DNA from: Negaprion brevirostris
Lineage: Eukaryota
Length of the DNA: 60,680 nt
NCBI GenBank assembly: GCA_030324005.1
Contig: JARDVH010000097.1
Location: 65,922,607-65,983,286 of the forward strand
Reading direction: 5' to 3'
Each line of letters begins with the position of its first letter. Position 1 is the first letter of the stretch. Under the pieces are notes generated by a model. It saw only the letters and a list, made by a program, of their open reading frames with translations, searched no databases and had not been told where the DNA came from. Made by a program: the position numbers and the translations under genes. This document shows, piece by piece, positions 50,665 to 60,680 of the stretch.

Positions 50665-51470
50665 TTTTTATTCATTCATGAGGCTTGGGCATCGCTGGTG
50701 GCCAGCATTTATTGCCCATCCCTAATTGCCCTTGAGAAGGTAGTGTTGAGCTGCATTCTTGAGTCGCTGCAATCCACATTCTGTCCACGGGCTGACCCAC
50801 AATGCCATTAGGGGATTCCAGGATTTTGACCCAATGACTGTGAAGGAACAACAATATATTTCTAAGTCAGGATGGTGAGTTGGTTGGAGGGGAACTTGCA
50901 GGTAATGGTATTTCCATGTTCTGCTGCCCTTGTCTTTCTAGATGGAAGTGGTCCTGGGTTTAGAAGGTGCTGTCTGAGGGACTTTGATGAATTGCTGCAG
51001 TGCATCTTGTAGATAGTACACACCACCGCTAATGAGCATTGGTAGTGGAGGGAGTGAATGTTTGTAGGTGTGGTTCCATTCAAGCAGGCTGCTTTGTCCT
51101 GGATGTTGTCAAGCTTCTTGAGTGTTGTTGGAGCTGGACCCATCAAGACAAGTGGGGAATATTCCACCACACTCCTGATTTGTGCCTTGTAGATGGTGGA
51201 TAGGCTTTGGGGAGTCAGGAGGAGAGTTACTCACTCAGTACTCCTAGCCTCTGACCTGCCCTTGTAGCTACTGTGTTTACATGACAAGTCCAGTTGAGTT
51301 TCTGGTCAATGGTAACCTCAAGGATGTTGACAGTGGGGGATTCAGTGATAGTAACACCATTGAATGTCAAGGGGCGGTGGTTAGAGTGTCTCATACTGGT
51401 GATAATCATTGCCTGACATCTGTGTGGCAGGAATGTTACTTGCCCCTTGTCAACCCAAGCCTGGATATTG
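50665..51470 (-). mobile_element. Family-B CR1/L2-group LINE 3' portion (best-preserved copy)
   Basis: VEYSPLV.MG.APTTLKKLDNIQDKAA..IHSLH..VCTIYKMHC, with an A-rich tail. Confidence 0.85.
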
Positions 51471-52924
51471 TGCCATCTCACCTGCCATCCTCTAGGCCAA
51501 GGCACTTACCTGTTATCAGGCGGTTTGAGAGGGGTGGGTGGAAAGTCTGAGTGGAATGGCCGACAAAACTGAAGAAGTTAGTCCAGGTTCCTCATGCCAT
51601 TCTTCAGTGTTTGTGAGCAAACGTGAACCACATGGACCGCATAACAGGGCAAATTCATAGCTTCATAAATAATGGCCATTGATGTGATGTTACTCTGATC
51701 AAATGCCAGCTGAACAAGAATTAAATGTCAATCCTTGCTGTTTTTGTAGGCATTTGAGATTAGTACTTTCCTTCATTCCCCATTGGGAACACTTCCACAA
51801 CCATCGAAGTGTAAGCAATTCACTTGGATTGTTTCCTGTGGAAATTCACCAACTTCAGGTCTTTAATGGGCCCGCAATAGAACCTGAATTTGTTTCACCT
51901 GCTGTGGCATCTGCTGGACAGAAAAGGAGTACAATAGGTACAGAATTTCTGAGGATCCCACGAATTTCTCAAGAAAAAGTCCTAAGATTCTTCTGTCATA
52001 TACATGGGGCAGGCAGAAGATGTACCCACAGCTGTCTCCCTTTCCTGTTGGTGACTGCTTGTTAAATTATAGTAGAAAGCTGGCAATCAGTGCTCCATCT
52101 GGAACCCCTCTCACCACACCTACCTGAATTCTGTCCCTCTGTGTTGGCAAGTTCAAAGTTAAGGACTCTGAAGGGCATTGTCAGTTGCCCATTGTACTTG
52201 TAGAAATATTGCTATCCTGTAATAGTTACGATCCCTATCTGCCTTATGTTTTATTTGCTGCAGAATAAAATCATGAAGGAGTCGTCATTTGCTAAATACA
52301 TCATAGTGCGCCAAACCTCCTGATAAGGATGAATCACAAAATTATGGTAGCCTGAAAGCTTTCAACTTTGGTAACCTTAAAATGTTCAATGGCAACTATC
52401 TTGCTTGTTTTCCTTATTTCCAATATAAAAAATAACCTGTGTTTCAGATGTCCCATCATTACAGCAATCAACAATGGAAGTTCAATCTTCTGTTGGGTAA
52501 TTGCCTTGCAATCAGAAACATCCTAAAGTTCACTATAAATCATAAACTTCCAATGGTTCTGACTGCTTTACGATAACTGTTACACCCAGGATCAGCTAGA
52601 AGAATTATAAACACGTCTAACTCCCTGGTAACCTAACCCCCACCTCTACCACTGACCACCCAACCTCCACCCTCCCAACCATGCAACCACTCCATGACTG
52701 ATTGAATTCCCCCTCACATGACCACCCCTGACCACCCTAACCACCTGATATCATCGCGCCTTCCCCCCCCCATCCTCAGCAAATGACACCCAACCCACTT
52801 TCTGACCAATCCAACTCTGATTGCCCCTCTGCGGAAGTTCAGGCCCTTTATCTCTTGTCCCCAAACTGCCCCACATCCCTGTTCCTGCCTGGCTGGGTAG
52901 TTAATTAATCCAAATTTGAGTATT

Positions 52925-53040
52925 AGATAAAAGCAGAATACAGTGCGTGTTGGAATTTGAAATAAAACCGGAAAATGCTAGAAATTCTTAGCAGGATTGG
53001 TGGCTTCTGTGGAGAGAGAATCAGGATGACCCTTCCTCAG
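52925..53040 (-). mobile_element. Penelope-like terminal repeat fragment
   Basis: aaaagcagaatacagtgcgtgttggaatttgaaataaaac.gaaaatgct..gtggagagaga. Confidence 0.55.
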
Positions 53041-55691
53041 TACTCATGAGTATGAGTACTAGATGATTGAATTGGATATCAATGTAATTGAGACTGAAAC
53101 CTAATTGGATAATATCAGCATTAATCACTGTCAAGATGGGTCTGTGAGTTGTTTGGACGCAGGTTTGGAATCACCCTGATGAGAAGTTTTTTTCTTTCCA
53201 AAATGTGCCCTTTTTAATTCAGGATTTTGACAGAAAAAGGTTAAGAAGTTAATTATTTTGAAGGAAGTCAGAAGAAAATTAAGAAAATAAAACCTCAAAA
53301 ATGAGAGTGAATCCACCCTTTCCAATATCAAACTGGCCTTCACTCCTTCCCTTCTCTGCAGTCTGATTGGTTTCCAATGGGAATTGAGGTGGGCTGAAGG
53401 ATATGAGGGACAGCAGGGTGAGGCAGTCAGAGACAGAGCAGATAGAGTCAGTCTCAGCCTTCAATTGATTTTTTTATCCCAGGTCCTAGAGCAATACCCA
53501 GGAATTTACACTCTAGAATACTCCAGGAATGTCAAGGAATGCTGGCAACGCCAGCCATGCATTTTTGACCATTAATGCGGCGCTCCACAGCAGAGAAATT
53601 ACAATGGCTTTGTGCTCCATAGCGGACTGCAGTTCTGATATGTCACCGTGCAAAGGTGTAGGCAGTGAACTCCTTCACTCACATTATCATTCTTTGCAGA
53701 CTGCACTGGGCAACTCATTGAATTTAACATCATGTTCAGATTGGAAGACACAAGACCTCTGAACCCAAGAGCTTTACTATNNNNNNNNNNNNNNNNNNNN
53801 NNNNNNNNNNNNNNNNNNNNNNNNNNNNNNNNNNNNNNNNNNNNNNNNNNNNNNNNNNNNNNNNNNNNNNNNNNNNNNNNNNNNNNNNNNNNNNNNNNNN
53901 NNNNNNNNNNNNNNNNNNNNNNNNNNNNNNNNNNNTTCTTCGCATCGTCCTGTTTACTTCGGCTCAGTGACTCATTGTTGGAAACACAGGCCAGGATTGT
54001 TCTCTCTGGGACCTGAGTTCCACCACCATTCTCTCCAAATTCAACCTAAGCTTTTCCTTGGGCTGGGGGTTATTATTGAAGCATTACAGTCTCCCTGCAG
54101 GGCACCCTTCCTCTGTGAGGAAGAGAATATTGAAAATTCTATGGCAGGACTGCCATTGTGGATCTGTAAGGATAGAAGCATTCCAAGATTCAAATGTGTT
54201 TCCCACTGAAGCATTCAACTGATTATGGACCTGCAACAAGCATGTCTTGGAGCCCAGTCTGGAAGGAGACAAAGCCACCACAACATTCTGTCCTTCCATG
54301 CAAGTACCTGAGTCACTGCCATGTTTTAAGGGCCAGCTGCACACCTTTCCTATGGTGGAAACCCATACAGATGAGTGGGAAATTCAGCAGCGACTGTGTC
54401 TCTGCCCCCTCTGCCATCTTTTACATGTGTAGGGAAGGGGGTGGGGGAAGAGAGATCAGCAGTAGTCCCAGTGGAATCAGAGGGGGATATATAGGTCAGG
54501 CACTGAGATGGCATCAAGCCTCAACACCGGGATTGTCCTATTCTTGACAGTTTTCACATCTGGTTTGTGTAGGTTCTCAGAGCAGAATACTACCCATACT
54601 ATCAGTTAGAGGTTTGCTTTGTTTAATGCATTGAACGCTGTCCAGGAGACACAGTAGGTTAATTATTCTTATTCACAACGAGTATCAAACTTACCAATGT
54701 ATCACCATGAAAGTTTAGTTCATTACCAGTTAAATGAATCATGTTTTCTTTGGTATCACTTTATTTGTGTCCCTTAACTCTGTTCCAGAGAGGAAAAAAA
54801 CATGCAACTTAAACAGATATTTATGTGGAAATAAATTCTTCTACCTAATTGCTTCTGATGCAGTGTTCAGTGCAAAAACATGTCAGAATGTGGATAGGCC
54901 CAACAGCATGAGCTAGGTTGGTGGTATTGAACTGTCTTGTCTGCAGGCATAAACAGCAACAATGCATTAGATACGACTAACCACTCATTATTACAATCTC
55001 ATGGTAATCTATCACAGAGTAGAATGGTTTCAATTATTTTCAATCATTGGCTTATCCAAGTTAACGGAGAGGCAAGGCTTCAACGCAACCATAAAAATAT
55101 ATCCAATCCCCAACAAATGAGCGTTTCAGATAGACTTACTCATCTGAGACATTGTCGAGCTGTTGCGGCAGTTGACGAATGCAGTCATTGACAGCAGCCC
55201 TTCCAGGTTCAAATGCACTTTTATTGACCTTTTACATTGTAGATTTATGTCAACCTTCAGAATCACCAGCTTTCCATTGAATTACTAATAAAAAACATTC
55301 TACAANNNNNNNNNNNNNNNNNNNNNNNNNNNNNNNNNNNNNNNNNNNNNNNNNNNNNNNNNNNNNNNNNNNNNNNNNNNNNNNNNNNNNNNNNNNNNNN
55401 NNNNNNNNNNNNNNNNNNNNNNNNNNGTACACATACAGCACCAGGGTCAATTGTTACTCGTTGTTTTCTGCAAGCTGGAGGGAATTTCTGTTACCATCTG
55501 GCTAATGTGTGCACCTTAGGGTCAGGCAGACATACAGCATTCTGAAAGCATGGCATGGATTCTGCCAGTGAATATAGATGGCAGCTGATTTGAAGAGACT
55601 AGATGTTTATCTGCAATCGGTCCTATTGAAACAAAAGGATGTTGTAATGCTAATATATACTGAATTCAGTGGCAGTATATTGTACTTGTTT

Positions 55692-56021
55692 TCATAGAAT
55701 TATAGAATCCTTACAGTGCAGAAGGAGGCCATTTGGCCCATCAAGTCTGCACTGACAACAATCCCACCCAGGCCCTAAACCCATAACCCCACGTATTTAC
55801 CTCCTAGTTCCCTTTTCATGAAGGGGCAATTTACCATGGCCAATCAACCTAACCCGCACATCTTTGGACTGTGGGAGGAAACCGGAGCATCCAGAGGAAA
55901 CCCACGTAGACACAGGGAGAATGTGCAAACTCCACACAGATAGTGACCCAAGGCCAGAATTGAATCTGGGCCCCTGGTGCTGTGAGCCAGCAGTGCTAAC
56001 CACTGTGCCACCAAGCTGTCC
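55692..56021 (-). mobile_element. HE1-type SINE
   Basis: Full antisense head, body and tail (tcatagaattatagaatcc). Confidence 0.9.
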
Positions 56022-56221
56022 TATAATGGGCTAGAATTTCTCTAAACAATTTAACCACTGTAGCTTCTTTAAAAGTAAATCTGCATCGGTGAGCTGTAGA
56101 GGGAGTTAGATATCCTGGTCTGCTTACTTGCACTGCTGCGATCATTGGTTTTACATCCATGTAATGGAAAATTGCTGACATTCTTCAGTCTGGAAGACAA
56201 GGAGTTAAGAGGAAGTAAATT

Positions 56222-56512
56222 ATATTTATTAGTGACAAGTAGGCTTACATTAACACCACAATGAAGTTAATGTGAAAATCTCCTAGTTGTCACACTCCAG
56301 CACCTGTTCAGGTACATTGAGGGAGAATTTAGAATGGCCAATGCACCTAACCTGCACATTTTTGGACTATGTGAGGAAATGGGAGAACCCAGAGGAAACA
56401 CATGCAGACACAGGGAGAATATGCAAACTCCACACAGACAATGACCCAAGGCGGGAACCGAATCCAGATCCCGGGAGCTGTGAGTCAGCAGTAGTAGCCA
56501 CTATGCTACCAT
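56222..56512 (-). mobile_element. HE1-head SINE with alternative tail
   Basis: Reverse complement of 36900-37190. Confidence 0.8.
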
Positions 56513-56569
56513 TCATGTGCTGTACTGTTCTTCGTTCTTGTTCAAGTATGCAAAGTTGGGAAAGGAACA

Positions 56570-57460
56570 TGCCCAAATATAAGTCCATTAAATCCAGACT
56601 CCAATTAGGATCATATTGATTGAAGTTAAGAAGTGTGAGAGGGGATCTCATAGAAACTTATTAAGTTCTAACAGGATTAGACAGGGTAGATTCAGAAAGA
56701 ATGGTCCCAACGGTGGGCCAGTCTAGAACTAGGACACAGAGTTTGAGGACAACCACAGAATGCTACAGTGCAGAAGAAGCCCTTCAGCCCATCGAGTCAG
56801 AACTGATGAAAGAAAGGTCCAAACTGCTCACCTAATCCCACTTTCCAGCAATTGGCCCACAGCCTTGAATGTTACGGTACGCCAAGTTCTCATCCAGGTA
56901 CTTTTTAAAGGATATGAGGCAACCCGCCTCCACCACTCTCCCAGGTAGTGCATTCCAGATGTCATCACCCTCTGGGTAAAAAGGTTTTTCCTCAAATCCC
57001 CCCAAACCTCCTACCCCTCACATTTAACTTGTGCCCCCTCGTTACTGACCCTTCAACAAAGGGGAAAAGCTGCTCCATATCCACCCTGTCCATATAATCT
57101 TGAACATGTCAATCAAGTCCCCCCTCAGTCTTCTCTGCTCCAGAGAAAACAACGCAAGCCTATCCAACCTCTCTTTGTAACTTCAATGTTCTGGGACTGA
57201 GCTGAGGAAAAAATTCTTCACTCAAAGAATGGTGAATCTGTGGAATTCACTATCGCAGAAAGTAGTTGAGGCCAAAACATGGTATGATTTCAAGAAGGAA
57301 ATAGATATAGGTCTTGAGGCTACAGGGATCAAGAGACACGAGGGTAGGCGCGATTGGGGTATTGAACTTGATGATCAGCCAGGATCATAATTAATGGCAT
57401 CACAAGCTCAAAGGGCCGAAAGGCCAACTCCTGCTTCAATTTTACATGTATGTTTCTATG
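56570..57460 (+). mobile_element. CR1 3' end (+) with a second CR1 3' end (-, ~56755-57191) nested inside
   Basis: RGDLIETY..GLDRVD resumes after 57192 as RTELRKKFFTQRMVNLWNSL. The inner segment is antisense CR1. Confidence 0.8.
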
Positions 57461-57594
57461 TAGAATTAACAATTTCCTGAGAAATGGAGCCATGGCTAAT
57501 AGAATTGGAATAACAATTGTGAAATGCAATTTTGATTAGGCTACAATATATTTGACGGCCAAGGGTCAGCTTGGTCCCACTCCTTCCTAAAGTT

Positions 57595-57790
57595 GGGGAG
57601 TCGGTTAGCTCATTTGGCTGGACGGCTGGTTCACGATGCAGAGCAACGCCAACAGCACAGATTCAATTGAGGTTATTCATGAAGGTCCAGCCTTCTCAAC
57701 CTTGCCACTCACCTCAGGTGTGATGATTCTCAGGTTAAATCACCATCAGTCAGCTCTCCCCGTCATCTGGGACTATGGTGACTTTGCCTT
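57595..57790 (+). mobile_element. tRNA-head SINE of a non-HE1 family with TSD
   Basis: Head ggggagtcggttagctca.ttgg; direct repeat CCTAAAGTT at 57586-57594 and 57796-57804. Confidence 0.7.
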
Positions 57791-58224
57791 TTCTCCCTAA
57801 AGTTACACATCACATTCAAAAACTAGAATGTGAAAATCTCTGGATGGAACCTAGTTGCCAGAAGCAAGTACTCCAGTAACGTTAATCAGACACGTCTTCC
57901 AAAGTCATGGTTTCCTGTGAAACCAGCTTCAAACGCTCACTGCCCATTACTGAGTAAATTCAAGCTTGAAGCTTCTGGTCAAGTCATAAAAATTGCCACT
58001 TTGAAAAGATTACCATAAAAAATAATTTTTGGCATAAGTGCCCTCTTCAACAATAATATCGAGTAGAGAAATACTCCATATAAGTACTCAATCTAGACTT
58101 TTCTTCCCTTTTGATGAGAGAAAGTTGGACAAGCTTTGAATAGTCTGTTGTAATTGATTTGAAATTGCAATCTCTTTCAAAGTAACCAGAAAATTAAATG
58201 AGACCTGAATGCTGTGTTCATAGA

Positions 58225-58668
58225 GACATAAAGTCATAGAGGTTTACAGCATGGAAACAGGCCTTTTGGCCCAACTTGTCCATGCTACTCTTTTTTTAAA
58301 ACCCCTAAACTAATCCCAATTACCTGCATTTGGCCCGTATCCCTCTATACCCATCATACCCATGTAACTGTCTAAATGCTTTTAAAGGATAAAATTGTAC
58401 CCACCTCTACTACTACCTCTGGCAGCTTGTTCCAGACACTCACTGCCCTCTGTGAAAAAAATCAACCCTCTGGAACTTCTGTATCTCTCCCCTCTTACCT
58501 TAAACCTATGCCCTCTTGTTTTAGACTCCCCATCTTTGGGAAAAGATATTGACTATCTACATTGTCCAAGCCCCTCATTATTTTATAGGTCTCTATAAAG
58601 TCACCCCTCAGCCTCCTACGTCCAGAGGAAAAAAGTCCCAGTCTATTCAGCCTCTCCTTATAACTCAA
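58225..58668 (-). mobile_element. CR1 3' end (young)
   Basis: LSYKERLNRLGLFS..RRRLRGD.IETYKIMRGLD.VDSQYLFP. Confidence 0.9.
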
Positions 58669-58769
58669 NNNNNNNNNNNNNNNNNNNNNNNNNNNNNNNN
58701 NNNNNNNNNNNNNNNNNNNNNNNNNNNNNNNNNNNNNNNNNNNNNNNNNNNNNNNNNNNNNNNNNNNNT

Positions 58770-59168
58770 CTTGTATTTCACTCCCCAGAACTACACAGCA
58801 TGTCTTAGCATAGAATAATACAGCACAAAAGGAGTCTGGAACTCCCACGACTTGCCTGAGCTTGCAAAATCTCCTGGCTGGAGACAATACACACCTCTTT
58901 AATCTGTGCTTAATCCTCCCTCCATTCACATTGTTCTGCACCTGTAAAGACCTGGTTATCTGTAAAAACTTGCATTCCAACCATTTTCTTGCAGTTGAGT
59001 CTGTGTCTGTATATGCCCTGTTTGTGAATTAAATTCTCCACTCACCTGATGAAGGAGCAGTGCTCCAAAACTCGTACTACTTTTGGACTTTGGACCTGTT
59101 GGACTTTAACCTGGTGTTGTGAGACTTGTTACTGTGCTCACCTGAGTCCAACACCAGCATCTTTACAT
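58770..59168 (+). mobile_element. Penelope-like element 3' end with decayed hammerhead core
   Basis: CAC-CTGATGA-aGGAGC-agt-GCTCC-aAAA-CTCGT followed by cctgttggactttaacctggtgttgtgagact. Paralogous to 14155-14351. Confidence 0.65.
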
Positions 59169-59270
59169 CTTGGCCATATAAAATAGAGAGTAGTGGTGGA
59201 AGGGTGTTTTTCTGAATGGAGGTCTGTAACGAGTGATATTCCACAGGGATCAGTGCTCCCACAGTCCAAA

Positions 59271-59478
59271 TCTGCTATCAGATTTTTGAATGGACCTACT
59301 TTGTATTAAGCTGATCTTTCTCTGCACCCTAGCTATGACTGTAACACTATATTCTGCAACCCCCTCCTTTAATTCTCCCCTATGTACTCTATGAATGGTA
59401 TGCTTCATCTGTATAGCGTGCAAGAAACAATACTTTTCACTGTATACCAGTACATGTGACAATAATAAATCAAATCAA
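59271..59478 (+). mobile_element. Rex1/Babar-type LINE 3' UTR
   Basis: Matches 19875-20070 and ends gacaataataaatcaaatcaa. Confidence 0.75.
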
Positions 59479-59485
59479 TTAATTA

Positions 59486-60400
59486 TTTACTAATTTCTGA
59501 GTTTTGGATCATCTGAAATTATTCCCTGTACACCCAAGTCCAATGTGTTAAGACATATTTTTAAAAAGCAGTGCAGATATTTACTACTAGAAACCCCAGT
59601 GTATACCCCTCCAGTTTGACAAACAAATGCTCACCCTTAATCTCTGTTTTCTGTCCCTAAACCAATTCATTAATGAACACTACCAGTCTCCCTTTGATCC
59701 CACAGACTGTTAACAAGTGAATTATGTGGTAGCTTACAAAAAGCTTTTTGAAAATCCCCTTACACAATACAACTGCTTCATCTTTGTCAACCCTCTCTGG
59801 TTCATCAAAGAACCCAAAAAAAATCAAATTCTTCAAATTTTCAAATGATGGCATAGATTTGGAAGCACTGAGAATTGTGAGGGGGCAAGTTAATGGACTT
59901 CAGGAAGACATGGACAGGCTGGTGGGGTGAGCAGACACATGGCAGCTGAAATTTGATGCAGGCAAATGTGACCAAATTTTGGAAGGAAGAACGAAGAGAG
60001 GAAATATAAGCAAAATATATCATTCTTAAAGAAGTGTAACAAGGAGTCCTGGGAAAGTATGTGCACAAATCATTGTTTATGGGAGGCAGGTTGAGATAAT
60101 GGTTAAAAAAAGATACAGGATCCTAGACTTTATAAATAGTGAAAGTATCAAAACAAGAAGGTTATGATGAACTTTTATAAAACACTAGTTAGGCCTTGAC
60201 TGGAGTTTGTGCCCAATTCTTGGCAGTGCACTTTAGGAAAATGTGAAGATTTCAGGAAGAATGCAGAAAATATTTAACATCATGGTTCCAGGGATGAGCA
60301 ACTTCAATTATGTGGCTAGATTAGAGAAGCTGGGGTGGCTTTCTTTAGAGAAGACATTAAGGTTGAGAAGAGATTTGGTAGAGATATTCAAAACCATGAG
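59486..60400. mobile_element. Old CR1 RT sequence: antisense block (~59486-59830) followed by sense block (~59833-60400)
   Basis: Minus strand FFDE..RVDK..AV..GIKG..DLGVQGIIS; plus strand LQEDMDRLV..WQLKF..LYKTLVRP. Confidence 0.7.
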
Positions 60401-60680
60401 TTGAGTGATTCCCATTGACACTGCTGCCATGGTTTTGAATCTTATGTCTAAATAATAAAAGTTTTTATGCTCATATGTGTTTGTGGCTTGCTCCCTCTGA
60501 TTTTCCCGCTCTGTCACAAATTAATCATTGCAAACACTGGTAAACTCCATTTAAACAGCTCTCCTCAGCACTTCTTCCACATCTATCCCAGGGGATGGCA
60601 CCTCGTTTTTTGAAGGAAGACCTCACCAGAATGCTGGCTGGTATGCAGCAGAAGCGGGATGCACTCTATCCCCGCTCCAG

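Noticed and set aside
53131-53343. Minus-strand ORF containing SHQGD, as in the AASDHPPT NISHQGD motif
   Set aside because: Wrong strand and position, no flanking similarity and no AG acceptor after the pyrimidine tract; a chance match.
53350-54550. Possible Harbinger ORF remnants
   Set aside because: Only vague resemblance; I could not read any diagnostic motif.
1-60680. CRISPR arrays, operons or other prokaryotic systems
   Set aside because: The DNA is vertebrate intronic and intergenic; no regularly spaced repeat-spacer array or bacterial-type genes are present.

Overview
Eukaryotic, AT-rich, repeat-dense genomic DNA from a gapped short-read-type assembly. It is almost certainly a shark or other elasmobranch, because HE1-type SINEs, CR1 LINEs and Deu-type SINEs dominate. 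The only host gene I can support is the 3' part of AASDHPPT (4'-phosphopantetheinyl transferase) on the + strand: four GT-AG coding exons at 12839-12960, 17040-17201, 31987-32055 and 34251-34412 (TGA). Its first two exons are not visible and probably lie upstream. Almost all ORFs in the supplied track are spurious or retroelement debris. The rest is a layered fossil record of CR1, CR1/L2-group, RTE, Rex1 and Penelope retroelements (with decayed hammerhead-ribozyme cores), SINEs, Harbinger-type MITEs, a Tigger-like element and a 2.5-kb LTR-less endogenous retrovirus pol fragment. I found no convincing new biological system. The most unusual signals are (i) two locally templated inverted insertions with target-site duplications in one AASDHPPT intron, (ii) an ERV pol fragment with an internal integrase deletion fused to a CR1 3' end, and (iii) other chimeric retrocopies. 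Repeat family names come from motif recognition, not database searches, and repeat boundaries are approximate.
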